A stretch of 64,000 nucleotides of DNA from Bacteroidales bacterium (GTDB lineage Bacteria; Bacteroidota; Bacteroidia; Bacteroidales; UBA1715), in the NCBI GenBank assembly GCA_016714605.1, contig JADKDL010000049.1, positions 50,288 to 114,287 on the forward strand, written 5' to 3'. Both the position numbers and the translations under genes were made by a program. The notes beneath the pieces are model-generated. The model did not search any database, had not been told where the DNA came from, and saw only the letters and a list, made by a program, of their open reading frames with translations. Position 1 is the first letter of the stretch; every line of letters starts with the position of its first letter. Shown here piece by piece: positions 1 through 9,711 of the stretch.

Positions 1-630
1 GAGTATTGAAAGAAGAAATCTACTAAAATCTTTCGGAGCACAACTAGAACTCACACCCGGTAGCAAAGGCATGAAAGGCGCAATAGCAAGAGCAGAAGAG
101 ATTGTAGCAAGTAATCCTAATGCGCTCTTATTACAACAGTTTAATAATGAAGCCAACCCAAAATACATAGAGAAACTACCGCGCAAGAAATATGGAAAGA
201 TACCGATGGTAAAATAGATATTTTTGTTTCGGGTGTGGGAACAGGTGGAACTATAACCGGAGTTGGTGAGGTACTAAAGAAAAACAAACCCGAAGTTAAA
301 ATAATAGCAGTAGAACCAGAAGCATCGCCAGTATTATCAGGTGGCGAAGCAGGGCCACATAAAATACAAGGCATAGGAGCCGGATTTGTACCTGGGGTAT
401 TAAATGTGAAAATCTATGATGAGATAATAAAAGTTTCAAACGAAGATGCTTTTAAAACCGCTAGAGACCTAGCAAAACAAGAAGGAATATTCGTAGGTAT
501 TTCTTCAGGAGCAATAATGTTTGCAGCATTACAAATAGCTGCCCGCCCAGAGATACAGAATAAACTTATTGTAGTAATTCAGTGCGATACAGGAGAAAGA
601 TATTTGAGTATTGAAAATCTATTTTATTAG
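1..630 (+). CDS. cysK: Cysteine synthase A (O-acetylserine sulfhydrylase). The 5' end is cut by the window edge, and the frame switches from 2 to 1 at the A-run 160-163.
   Basis: Frame 2 from nt 2 reads [54 protein letters not shown]. Frame 1 then continues [34 protein letters not shown]...[16 protein letters not shown]...SSGA...GERYLS. The whole is collinear with the PLP-dependent CysK family. Stop at 628-630. Confidence 0.85.
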
Positions 631-661
631 TCAATACTTTTTCTTTTAATTCAATATTATT

Positions 662-719
662 AGCAAACCTCAATACTTTGATATAGAAATATATTGAAAT
701 ATTGAGGTTTGCTTTTTTT
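662..719 (+). terminator. Rho-independent terminator after cysK
   Basis: A perfect 14-bp stem, AGCAAACCTCAATA (662-675) with TATTGAGGTTTGCT (700-713), followed by a T-run. Confidence 0.7.
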
Positions 720-1037
720 ATTTGTATACAATCTTACTACAAAGTTTAGAGCTGCTATTTTCTATAATTACTGTATTTACAAGCAATTTAGGTATTTTTA
801 CTATGATTTTTATTTTTAACTTAGTGGTTTGTTTTGATGTGATAATACTCAAGAAATAACACATTAAAATAATTTAATATTTTTTAGGCTTTTAACTCAT
901 TGTATTTCGACATGTTATAATTTATTAACTTGGTTTGAGAATATTTTTTTTGTCGATTAAGCAACATTTTACCTAGGTTTAAAGGTCTTTTATAAAAACA
1001 GAGTAACAAATAAACTTTCTAATATAAAGCAGAGATA

Positions 1038-2273
1038 ATGAAAAAAATAGTTTTATTAGCAAAATTACTTTTAGCTGTATTTGTCGGGTTTTCTCAAAAT
1101 CTCGACATTTCTGGAGGTTATGGCTCATCGGCAATGATTTGTTCTAATGGCGATGTATATACATGGGGAAACAATAAAGCAGGCGACGCACCTAATATTC
1201 AACGTGGGATTTTAGGGCGAGGTGTTACTGGCGATAATGATCCTACTCCAGGTATTGTTACATACTTTAGAGACAATAGTATTTATATTAAAGCTGTTGA
1301 CGCAGGTTCAGGTGGTCACTTGGCACTTGATTGTAACGGTAATGTATATTCGTGGGGTCAAAATAACTATGAACAAACTGGACAAGCAAATCCGAATGGC
1401 TTAGGCAACAATCATGTGGTTTCTTTACCATCATTAGTTCCAGGTCTTTCAAACATAGTTTATGTTTCTGCTGGGAATGACGAATCTTATGTTATTGATG
1501 CAACTGGCAGAGTTCTAACATGGGGACAAAACGATAAAGGTCAGCTCGGAAATGGAACAATAACAAACTCAAGAACACCAATTGTGGTTCAAGGTATTTC
1601 AGGCAAAGTATTAAAAGTGGAAGCTGGTGACGAAACTGGATATGCACTAACAACTGATGGAAGAGTTTATTCTTGGGGTGCAGGAGCCAAAGATAATACA
1701 GGAACCTATGGAGGCACTGGTATGCTAGGAAGAGTTGCTGAAACAGTTAATGCAGGAGTAAGCAGTTATCGTGCAGGAGTGGTACTTAAACCAGATGGAA
1801 CACCTTTAACAGATATTGTTGAAATTTCTGCCGGAGACGTTCACTGTCTTGCAATAGATGCTTCAGGTCAAGTTTGGGGATGGGGAAATAACGGTTGGGC
1901 TGGTCAAGTAGGTACTGGTGAAGGCGACAACATATTTTTTGCAAAAAAAGCAGTTGGACTTGGAGGCATTGGCTTTCTCAAAGCAACAAAAATAACTGCC
2001 GGACGAGCACATTCTGTTGCTGTATTAGATAATGGTACAGCAGTCGGCTGGGGTTTAAATTCTGGGACTTCAAAATGTTCTTATGGTAACGTAACTGAAT
2101 CAAAAATACCTGTATTAATTCCAGGATTATCTAATATTAAAGATGTTTCTGATGGAGATGGTTGGACCTTCTTTATAAAAGCAGATGGTAGTTTTCAAGT
2201 TATGGGTGGAAATGAATTTGGACAAACGGGGACAGGTGCTGTAAATCCAAGTGTTTGTTCTCCTCAACTGTAA
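1038..2273 (+). CDS. Secreted RCC1-repeat (beta-propeller) segment; probably the N-terminal part of the giant adhesin gene 1038-9458
   Basis: Signal peptide MKKIVLLAKLLLAVFVGFSQ. At least six repeats of the RCC1 signature (VYTWGNNKAGD, VYSWGQNNYEQTGQ, VLTWGQNDKGQLGNG, VYSWGAG, VWGWGNNGWAGQVGTG, VMGGNEFGQTGTG). Frame 2 stays open across the stop at 2271-2273 and continues with a Cys-rich module (TKCTPADPCPVAMLGDDILIC). Confidence 0.8.
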   Translation: MKKIVLLAKLLLAVFVGFSQNLDISGGYGSSAMICSNGDVYTWGNNKAGDAPNIQRGILGRGVTGDNDPTPGIVTYFRDNSIYIKAVDAGSGGHLALDCNGNVYSWGQNNYEQTGQANPNGLGNNHVVSLPSLVPGLSNIVYVSAGNDESYVIDATGRVLTWGQNDKGQLGNGTITNSRTPIVVQGISGKVLKVEAGDETGYALTTDGRVYSWGAGAKDNTGTYGGTGMLGRVAETVNAGVSSYRAGVVLKPDGTPLTDIVEISAGDVHCLAIDASGQVWGWGNNGWAGQVGTGEGDNIFFAKKAVGLGGIGFLKATKITAGRAHSVAVLDNGTAVGWGLNSGTSKCSYGNVTESKIPVLIPGLSNIKDVSDGDGWTFFIKADGSFQVMGGNEFGQTGTGAVNPSVCSPQL

Positions 2274-2334
2274 CTACTAAGTGTACCCCAGCAGACCCTT
2301 GCCCTGTAGCAATGCTAGGGGATGATATATTAAT

Positions 2335-5088
2335 TTGCCTGGTACAACTACAACACTAGATGCAGGTTGGACAACATATACATACATTTTCACTTGGACA
2401 GGTGGTGTTTCAGGTACAGGTAATACAGTAACTGCAGGCGTAGGCACATATAGTGTTTCCATTAAATATGGTGGCACAAATAGACCTTGTCCTAGTACAA
2501 GTTGTCCTAATGCTATTGATACAATTGTTGTTGAAGAAATGAAAATGGACATAACCGATGGTAAAGGTACGTGGTGTGGCGATTCTGTAACATTTAAAAT
2601 AGGAAATGCACCAGGTGTATATGCTATTTATAAAAACCAAACTGGAGGTTCAGAAATTGGTATTATCAATAAACATGTTCCAGTAAATATAGCTCAAGAA
2701 AAATTTATCTCTTCCCTTTTTACAAAAAATGCAGGAACTCTTGAAGCTTGGGTTGAAATTAGAGGCGAAGAAGCTTTCGATTTTGGATTTGGTACAATTC
2801 CTACAGGCACTGTTACAGCAATTGCTGCTGATGAAACATTACAATTAATTGAAGCAAAAAATTCAATTCACTTTGGGGGTACAAGTATTCGCTTTGAAAC
2901 GGAATATCTAGGACCTGGAGCTTCAAAAACATATGATTTCCAACTCGGAGTATTTTCTGTAAATAACAATCCTCAAGGCGAACCAGCAATTGTTGGATCT
3001 CAATTACATGCAGGACCTGTTGTTAGTGTTACTATAGATGGACCTTGGGATGCAAACTTAGCTGCTAATAAATGGGTTACCGTTGATTTACCTGCTGATT
3101 ATAAAATGGTAGCAGGTAATTATTATTACATAGGCTTAATAAGCGGAGATAGACCAATTGCATATTATAGTGCAGCTCTTCTACCTAAAAATGATAATCT
3201 TGATGGTAAACAGGCCACTCTAGCTTATTCCAATAACTATGGAAATCTTGATAAAACTATGAAATTAGGTTCTTTCTATAATCATAAGTTTGCAACATCT
3301 ATACCATGGAATTGTGGTAGATTTAAAATTACTGCTACAGAATCATGCCCATGTTCTCCACCTAAAGATATGACAATATCTGATACCGTTATAAATGCTT
3401 GTATTACAGAAGATGTTTCAATCTCTATTGATGCAACGCTTGGCATACCACAAAATGGTTCTTATAATTTAAAGATAAAAGGTCCTGGTCAAACGGGAAC
3501 ATATACTACAATTACATCGGCTTCGCTTCCATATTCATTCAATTTAACTAATGTTGATAATGCTGATATTGGTATTTATACATTTATTATTGAAGATGGA
3601 AAAGTTGGAAGTGTTTCATGTTCTGATTCCGTTTCTTTCCGCCTTACCGTAGCCACCCCACCAACCCCTGCCCCTGCCGATGTAACCATCTGCGAGGGTG
3701 AAGATTTGGAAATCACTTCTGGTATTACTGCACCACCAACGGGTACTATTTATCATTGGACTGGTCCGGGAGCGTTTACTGCAGCTACTGCTGATGTTAC
3801 CAGAGCTAAAGCACTTACTACCTATTCGGGTACCTATTCGCTTTATACTGAAATTGCAGGTTGCGTATCGACTACTGTCTCTGCCGATGTGCTTGTAAAC
3901 CCCTCACCAGTAACCACATGGCTCACCACCGACACTACCTATTGCGGTACAGCGGGTGTAACCCTGAGTGTGAATGCGGTTGCAGGTGCTACCTATGTAT
4001 GGACGAAAAACGGTGCTCCTATAACTACTGCCACTACGGCTTCACTTTCGGGTGCTTTGGCAGGTGTCTATGGACTAACGCTTACTAAGTCGGGCTGTTC
4101 GTATACACTGCGCAACATAACCGTGGTGGGCAATCCAACCCCTGTTTACACCATTACCGGTGGCGATGACTATTGCGCAGGCGAGACCGTTGCTCCAGTG
4201 GTTATTGAGTTTACGGTAGGTAGTCCGAACTTCTCGTTTACCTATACCATAGATGGAACTGCAAAAGCGGTATCAAATCATACATCAACTACATATACAA
4301 TAAACACCCCTGATGCGGGTATTTACCGCCTTACCGGAACCATTACCGATGGCAATGGCTGTACTGCTTTGGCAACCACCGCAAATACAGTGGTTGAGAT
4401 AAATCCACTACCGGTAGTAACAATGAAAGCAGTATCTTATTGCTCTACCACTGATAATATAAATCTGTATAATGAGATGATAAGCAGCGAACCGACTAAT
4501 GGCTCGGGTGTGTTTACCGCTTCTGCAGGTACGATAACTGGTACTGGCTCTGGTTCTATTTTCACCCATGGAGGTGTTGCTGGTATTTACACCATTACCT
4601 ACACCTTTACCGATGACAATGGTTGCTCAGACAGTTTCTCAGAAACACTGACTATAAACGCCAATCTGAGTCCGACCATAACTGCAAATCCAGGATTTAC
4701 CGTGTGCCAAAAGACTCCGATAACCCTTGCAACTTCTCAGGCATTTGCAAAATATACATGGACTGGTACTGCGGCAGCTCTTTTAGGAAGTGCAACCACA
4801 ATTGCTTCACCAACCATACCAGCTACTGCTGCTCCGGGTATTTATGCCATTACCGTTACGGTAGAGGATGCCAACAAATGTACCGGCACCGATACCAAAA
4901 CCATAACCATTCATGCTTTGCCAACGGCTACACTAAGCCCTGTTGCTCCGCTCTGCGTGGGCGATGCTCCTGCTACCATAACCGCTACTACCTCGGTTGC
5001 CGATGGTGTAGGTACATGGACTGGTGCGTTTGGGTTTCTGAAAAGACTGCAACATTCACCCCTGCAACAGACGGGACTTTCCCGATAA
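2335..5088 (+). CDS. Giant adhesin, segment 2 (Ig-like repeat region). The real coding span is about 2276-5034, with frame changes near 2265-2270, 2338-2339 and 5032-5034.
   Basis: Long ORF with repeated modules of the type ICEGEDLEITSG...YHWTGPGAF...GTYSLYT..GCVST..SADVLVNPSP and TITDGNGCTA..V.INPLPV. It has no credible start of its own (TTG directly after an in-frame TAA), and the upstream frame 2 is continuous with the RCC1 segment. Confidence 0.8.
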   Translation: MPGTTTTLDAGWTTYTYIFTWTGGVSGTGNTVTAGVGTYSVSIKYGGTNRPCPSTSCPNAIDTIVVEEMKMDITDGKGTWCGDSVTFKIGNAPGVYAIYKNQTGGSEIGIINKHVPVNIAQEKFISSLFTKNAGTLEAWVEIRGEEAFDFGFGTIPTGTVTAIAADETLQLIEAKNSIHFGGTSIRFETEYLGPGASKTYDFQLGVFSVNNNPQGEPAIVGSQLHAGPVVSVTIDGPWDANLAANKWVTVDLPADYKMVAGNYYYIGLISGDRPIAYYSAALLPKNDNLDGKQATLAYSNNYGNLDKTMKLGSFYNHKFATSIPWNCGRFKITATESCPCSPPKDMTISDTVINACITEDVSISIDATLGIPQNGSYNLKIKGPGQTGTYTTITSASLPYSFNLTNVDNADIGIYTFIIEDGKVGSVSCSDSVSFRLTVATPPTPAPADVTICEGEDLEITSGITAPPTGTIYHWTGPGAFTAATADVTRAKALTTYSGTYSLYTEIAGCVSTTVSADVLVNPSPVTTWLTTDTTYCGTAGVTLSVNAVAGATYVWTKNGAPITTATTASLSGALAGVYGLTLTKSGCSYTLRNITVVGNPTPVYTITGGDDYCAGETVAPVVIEFTVGSPNFSFTYTIDGTAKAVSNHTSTTYTINTPDAGIYRLTGTITDGNGCTALATTANTVVEINPLPVVTMKAVSYCSTTDNINLYNEMISSEPTNGSGVFTASAGTITGTGSGSIFTHGGVAGIYTITYTFTDDNGCSDSFSETLTINANLSPTITANPGFTVCQKTPITLATSQAFAKYTWTGTAAALLGSATTIASPTIPATAAPGIYAITVTVEDANKCTGTDTKTITIHALPTATLSPVAPLCVGDAPATITATTSVADGVGTWTGAFGFLKRLQHSPLQQTGLSR

Positions 5089-8000
5089 GCTATACCTTTA
5101 CAACCTCGGCTGCAACTGGTAGTTGTAAAATGGAAACGCCGGTTACCGGCTCGGTGGTGGTAAATCCGCTTCCGGTGTTGACTTTAAATTATGCTACAGC
5201 GGCTTGTGTCTATGATGCAGCTCTTACGCCAAGCCTTTCGCACGGCATGGGAACCCTTGCGGTTTCTCCGGCTACTGCGGCTCTAAATACGACAACTGGC
5301 GTATTTACCCCTGCTTCGGCTACTGCGGGTAACTATACCATTACATACAATTATACCGATGGCAATGGTTGCGTTGGCGATGCAGTTACCGACGTCATTA
5401 CTATTAATCCGCGTCCGGTTACGAATATTACAATGAACCCTACTGCGGTGTGCGACTATACACCTACTTTTGGGCTAAAAGCGCAACTGGCTAACGGCAC
5501 AGCACTCACTACCGGAACATTCTCGGGAACAGGTGTAACGGGCAGAAACTTCAACCCTGCTGCTGCTACTCAAGGTACGCATACCATAACCTTTGAATAT
5601 AGCGACCCTACAACCGGTTGCGAGGCGCTGCCTGTAACCCACAACATTACCGTAAATCATACGAATCCGCCTATTGGAGTGCCTGATGAAGCGCTTAATA
5701 CTGATGTTCCAAATCAAACCCTTGTTCCTGATATTTGTGCTACGGGTACTGATATAAAATGGTATAGCGCTAACGATACAAATACAACCGTTGTGCTTCA
5801 GGCTGATTGCTATAAAACAACGTATGTTGATGATTTGGGTAAGATGAAAGATGGTCTCTACCCTATGTATGCCACTCAAACCTTGAATGGTTGTCAGAGC
5901 GAACCGGTACAGGTTATCTTGACCATAACCAATTGTCCAATACCTAAACCTACAGCTATAAAATATCATGCATGTACGGGAGAAACCAACGTTGCTCTTA
6001 CGGCTATCGGAACAGGCAACGACCTTGGCTGGTGGAGAAATTTTGATGATATTCCTACCAGTGCTACTTTTGGAGATGAAGATTTCTTAAGCGATACGTG
6101 GACAAGCCATGGTATTACTGCGGTTGGTTCGCATACGGTGTATGTGGCTGAATACGACCCTACCCATACTTGCTTTGGTCCGCCTACACCTGTTGAGTTG
6201 ATTATTCACGAACTTCCTGATCCGAAAATTCAAGACCTAAAGATGATTTGCTATACGCAAGCTTCGGTAAATATTTCTATAGAACCTGCTGGCTCGGTAC
6301 TTAGTGGTGCGGGTGTTTCGGGTACTACATGGACTCCGCAGTTCACTGCGTCGGCTACTGGTGTTAAAACCACAACCCTTACCTTAGATGCTTCTCAGGC
6401 GTGGGGCTCGGGTACCGACAGACAAGCGACTTGTACCAATCAAACAACGCTTGATGTTGATGTTACTAATGTTTTAGCACCTACCGGAACGGGTATATTA
6501 CCGAATCCTCCGGTTACGTGGGGTATTGCTTCTATTGCGTCTTTACCGCCAATGGAAATAGATTATTACCCTACAGCTTCGCTCTCTATAAAAGATAGTA
6601 CCGGTACCGTAATTTCTACTTCTTCTCCGTTGACTATGTATCCTACACATATTAGCAAAATAGGTAAGTACTCTTATGATGTTACTCAGACGCTAAACAG
6701 TTGCGTAAGTCCGATTGCTAAATCAATCTGGATTATTGTAAACTGTCCGACGCCTGCTCCGATACTCACTCCGGTGGCTATCTGTGAGGAAAACAATGGT
6801 ACCTTACCTTCTATTACTGCCGTAGCTGACGGATTTAACTTTGAATGGAGAGATTCTACAGGATTGGTGATTGAAACGACCAAAGACTTAGATTTAAGTA
6901 CCTTTGGCAATAAATATGCTGCTCCGGGCAGATACACCTTCTCTATGTCGCAAGAGAAAAATGATGCTGCCGGTATGCCGTGCAGAGGTCCTGAGGCAAC
7001 GGTTACCTTTACGGTGAACCCGACTCCGGTATTTACCATTGCACTTTCTAATACAAAAACAACCATCTGCCAAACAGACCCTGAGGTGATTGCTTCGCCT
7101 GTAATTACTAATAATGCAGTGGTTGCTTCTATGGATTATAGTCTATCGGGCAACAGCATAGGAGGTATTATTCTCTCAGGTAGTAATGGTTCGCTTACTC
7201 CTGCCAGTGTGGTTGGTGCTGCTCAGTTTGGACTTGTTCCAATGACCATTACCGCTACCCTTACCGACAGCAAAGGCTGTGAGGCTACGCAAACTAGAGA
7301 CATAGAAATACAACATACCCCTGCCCCTGCAATTGACGACCTAAGTCGTATGACCAGTGCTGTTCCAGTTGAGGTAACAGGAACAGGTGAAGGTGTGAAA
7401 TTCTACAGCAATCAGAATGCTTCTAGAACTGCCCTTACCGGGGTTGTTGAGAAAACGACAACTACTTGGACATTACCAACTTCATTTATAGACCCAACAA
7501 AAGAAACCCTTCCTGCGAAAGATTTCTTTGCGACCCAAACTATTCATGGTTGCGAAAGTACCGACGATTTGGTACGGGTAGAACTGTTCAACTGTCCGGT
7601 ACCAAGACCTTCGGCGGTTTCGGAAATTATCTGTAACTATGACGATATCCCAACCCTCACTGCCATACCGGCACCATTGAGCACTTGGTTTAAACCTAAA
7701 CAAGGCACTAGCGAGTTCCGTTGGTTTACGAGAACCACTACCAATCCTGACGATGGATCTAGAGTTGCTGTTGGCGATACATACACCCCGTTATCAGCGC
7801 CAAGCGGCGACGTTACGACTTGGCATGTGGCTGAATATAGCTCATTCTACAACTGTATGAGTCCGACAGCTCCGGTTTCAATAACGGTAAATTATGCTCC
7901 GGCAGTTACCATTAGTACTCAGAGACCTACCTGCGTAGGATTGGCGCAACCAACCATCAGTGCAAGTGTTGCTATTGACATCCCGCAACAAATATATTGG

Positions 8001-8198
8001 TACAAAACTCAGCCAACTACTCCGGTACCTGCCGATTCTCATTTTGCAATTGCAAATCAGTTCCTACTGCCGACCAGTTTAGTGCCATTGACGACTATAC
8101 CTTCTATGCTATGCACAAAGCAAACGGCTGTTGGAGCGAACCTGCAACAGGCACTTACAGCGTTCTGCCATTGCCTGAAGCTCCTATTATTGAGATGA
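5034..8198 (+). CDS. Giant adhesin, segment 3 (frame 3). The ORF-track entry 4623..8198 is only coding-like from about 5034 onward.
   Basis: The frame 1 text ...GVGTWTGAFG joins the frame 3 text VSEKTATFTPATDGTFPISYTF at the GGG run 5032-5034. Downstream there are Ig-like modules and three ~270-280-aa modules, each ending in a ..C.S...V.....NCP.P.P linker (NCPIPKP 5931-5951, NCPTPAP 6741-6761, NCPVPRP 7590-7610). Confidence 0.8.
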   Translation, partial: VSEKTATFTPATDGTFPISYTFTTSAATGSCKMETPVTGSVVVNPLPVLTLNYATAACVYDAALTPSLSHGMGTLAVSPATAALNTTTGVFTPASATAGNYTITYNYTDGNGCVGDAVTDVITINPRPVTNITMNPTAVCDYTPTFGLKAQLANGTALTTGTFSGTGVTGRNFNPAAATQGTHTITFEYSDPTTGCEALPVTHNITVNHTNPPIGVPDEALNTDVPNQTLVPDICATGTDIKWYSANDTNTTVVLQADCYKTTYVDDLGKMKDGLYPMYATQTLNGCQSEPVQVILTITNCPIPKPTAIKYHACTGETNVALTAIGTGNDLGWWRNFDDIPTSATFGDEDFLSDTWTSHGITAVGSHTVYVAEYDPTHTCFGPPTPVELIIHELPDPKIQDLKMICYTQASVNISIEPAGSVLSGAGVSGTTWTPQFTASATGVKTTTLTLDASQAWGSGTDRQATCTNQTTLDVDVTNVLAPTGTGILPNPPVTWGIASIASLPPMEIDYYPTASLSIKDSTGTVISTSSPLTMYPTHISKIGKYSYDVTQTLNSCVSPIAKSIWIIVNCPTPAPILTPVAICEENNGTLPSITAVADGFNFEWRDSTGLVIETTKDLDLSTFGNKYAAPGRYTFSMSQEKNDAAGMPCRGPEATVTFTVNPTPVFTIALSNTKTTICQTDPEVIASPVITNNAVVASMDYSLSGNSIGGIILSGSNGSLTPASVVGAAQFGLVPMTITATLTDSKGCEATQTRDIEIQHTPAPAIDDLSRMTSAVPVEVTGTGEGVKFYSNQNASRTALTGVVEKTTTTWTLPTSFIDPTKETLPAKDFFATQTIHGCESTDDLVRVELFNCPVPRPSAVSEIICNYDDIPTLTAIPAPLSTWFKPKQGTSEFRWFTRTTTNPDDGSRVAVGDTYTPLSAPSGDVTTWHVAEYSSFYNCMSPTAPVSITVNYAPAVTISTQRPTCVGLAQPTISASVAIDIPQQIYWYKTQPTTPVPADSHFAIANQFLLPTSLVPLTTIPSMLCTKQTAVGANLQQALTAFCHCLKLLLLR

Positions 8199-9070
8199 AA
8201 GCTTCATGTAGCAACAATACGATGCTTCCGCTTATTCTTACCCAAAGCAATAGTGGCGTGGAATGGAAAAAAGATTCTACCCTTGCCCAAAACCTTGGCA
8301 ACTTGGCTTCGTTCACCCCAACTGCCTCTGTCTTGACTACCGATACCTCTACCACCTTCTTTGTAAGATACAACAACGGTAGCTGTTGGAGTCCGTATGG
8401 CACTGCGCAATATGTGTATATTGAACAACCGCTTGCTCCGCAAGTGAGTACCAAAGCCATCTGCTTGGGCGATGATAATATTGAACCGCTTGTTGCCGTG
8501 GGATCATTGAATACAACTTGGTTCGATGCTCAAGACAATACGCTTGGCACCGGAAGAACACTCGACCTGAACACCTATCCTTTGGAAAACAGCGGTACAT
8601 ACATATTCAAATTGAATAATACAAAATACACCAATCTGGTAGCAGATATGGCTTGTCCGAGTGAGACAACCACAGCTAGTCTTATTGTAAGTTCTATTCC
8701 AAACGGCAAAGTATGGGGTAAAAAGATGGTGTGCGAAAACTCGGTTCAGAACGCATATTATGTGCAAGAGTTGGAAGGCGACTCTACCACCTTTGTTTGG
8801 TCTATTTCGGGTAACCATACCAACTACACCATATCAAACGAACAAAATAAAGCATATCGTTTGGTTGACTGGGACTACCAAGGCAAAGAGCTGGTGAAAG
8901 TGAAAGTGGTAAACAAATACGGTTGCTCAAGCTCTGACTCTATGGAGGTTACCATTGCAGTAAAACCTGATGCTCAGTTCCTATGGTCACTACCGGGTGC
9001 TGCATACAAAGCCAAGTTTGAGAACCTTTCTACCCAAGCTCCGGTGTACTTCATACATCATGGGATGTGA
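8057..9070 (+). CDS. Giant adhesin, segment 4 (frame 2), joined to segment 3 at the A-run 8054-8056
   Basis: The frame 3 text ...PADSHFAIA joins the frame 2 text SVPTADQFSAIDDYTFYAMHKANGCWSEPATGTYSVLPLPEAP. This is the same module logic as upstream (..C.SP....LPLPEAP, IEQPLAPQ). It ends in a PKD-like stretch, KPDAQFLWSLPGAAYKAKFENLS. Confidence 0.75.
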   Translation, partial: SVPTADQFSAIDDYTFYAMHKANGCWSEPATGTYSVLPLPEAPIIEMKASCSNNTMLPLILTQSNSGVEWKKDSTLAQNLGNLASFTPTASVLTTDTSTTFFVRYNNGSCWSPYGTAQYVYIEQPLAPQVSTKAICLGDDNIEPLVAVGSLNTTWFDAQDNTLGTGRTLDLNTYPLENSGTYIFKLNNTKYTNLVADMACPSETTTASLIVSSIPNGKVWGKKMVCENSVQNAYYVQELEGDSTTFVWSISGNHTNYTISNEQNKAYRLVDWDYQGKELVKVKVVNKYGCSSSDSMEVTIAVKPDAQFLWSLPGAAYKAKFENLSTQAPVYFIHHGM

Positions 9071-9458
9071 AGCTGAAAGTAACCATGACCATGGCTGCGT
9101 AGACTCTATAGTTCAAAGCATATTTATTGAGATAAGCGTAGGTCTGTTCGTGCCAAATGCCTTTGCTCCTACCAATCCGGCTACCGGAGTGAGAGAGTTC
9201 AGACCGGCTGGTTTCAACCTAGAGACATACACCATCTCGGTGTTCGATGCATGGGGTAACCTAGTATGGTTCTCCGACAAGCTCAACAGCCAAGGGCAAC
9301 CTTCTGAGGCTTGGGATGGCTCATATCAAGGTAAACTTGCCAAAGCGGGCACTTACTTCTGGGTGATTGACGCTAAATTTAAAAACGGCGACTCGTGGAC
9401 CGGTATGAACATTGATGGTAAAGAATATACCAAAGGTCCGGTAATGCTGGTAAGGTAA
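9069..9458 (+). CDS. Giant adhesin, C-terminal segment: gliding motility-associated C-terminal domain (CHU_C, T9SS type B sorting domain)
   Basis: GCVDSIVQSIFIEISVGLFVPNAFAPTNPATGVREFRPAGFNLETYTISVFDAWGNLVWFSDKL...WDGSYQGKLAKAGTYFWVIDAKF...KGPVMLVR-stop. This matches the PNAFTPNGDG..F.P......Y.L.IFNRWG..VF......WDG...G......GTY.Y.......G.V.L.R pattern of the type B sorting domain. The frame changes between 9040 and 9075. Confidence 0.8.
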   Translation, partial: EAESNHDHGCVDSIVQSIFIEISVGLFVPNAFAPTNPATGVREFRPAGFNLETYTISVFDAWGNLVWFSDKLNSQGQPSEAWDGSYQGKLAKAGTYFWVIDAKFKNGDSWTGMNIDGKEYTKGPVMLVR

Positions 9459-9547
9459 TTGAGAATTGAGAATTGAGAATTGATAATTGATAATTGAGAA
9501 TTGAGAATTGAGAATTGAGAATTGAGAATTGAGAATTGAGAATTGAT
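9457..9547. repeat. Tandem heptanucleotide repeat: 13 copies of AATTGAG, with three AATTGAT variants
   Basis: Counted unit by unit: 9457-9463 ... 9541-9547. Units 4, 5 and 13 are AATTGAT. The array starts inside the TAA stop of the giant gene and ends 34 nt before the terminator hairpin. Confidence 0.95.
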
Positions 9548-9580
9548 AAATAAAAAATTCTTTATAAAATACAATAGAAA

Positions 9581-9612
9581 AGAGAGCTGCTGAAAGGTGG
9601 CTCTCTTTTTTT
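9581..9612 (+). terminator. Rho-independent terminator of the giant gene
   Basis: Stem AGAGAGC (9581-9587) with GCTCTCT (9600-9606), followed by TTTTTT. Confidence 0.65.
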
Positions 9613-9679
9613 GTGGGGGTAGAGTAAAATCTTGTTGAACTGGTTGTTGTTGGTTGTCCTATTTATTGAACAGTAAATA

Positions 9680-9711
9680 AAAAACAAAAAGGGCAAACAC
9701 AAGGATTGCCC
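9680..9711 (-). terminator. Rho-independent terminator of the CAP-domain gene
   Basis: On the minus strand, GGGCAA-9 nt-TTGCCC (9691-9711) is followed by TTTTTGTTTTT (plus-strand A-run 9680-9690). Confidence 0.55.

Noticed and set aside
720-1037. Possible invertible promoter (inverton) upstream of the giant adhesin gene
   Set aside because: Only a 10-bp palindrome (TTGTATACAA, 722-731) is present. No pair of separated inverted repeats flanks a promoter-like element, and no recombinase gene lies nearby.
2277-8818. Many antisense or off-frame ORFs inside the giant gene: 2277..2552, 2410..2640, 3698..3898, 3861..4088, 5475..5969, 6686..7066, 7482..7703, 8155..8460, 8204..8443, 8349..8600 and 8504..8818. 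The 5' portions of 4623..8198 and 7997..9070 belong here too.
   Set aside because: Their translations are low-complexity or Cys/Arg-rich nonsense, and they lie entirely within a strongly coding sense frame. The relatively GC-rich, repeat-like sequence naturally leaves alternative frames open.
9353-9574. Minus-strand ORF reading NSQFSILNSQFSIL...
   Set aside because: It is simply the translation of the AATTGAG heptamer array, which forms a 21-nt super-period. It has no start context and overlaps the end of the giant gene.
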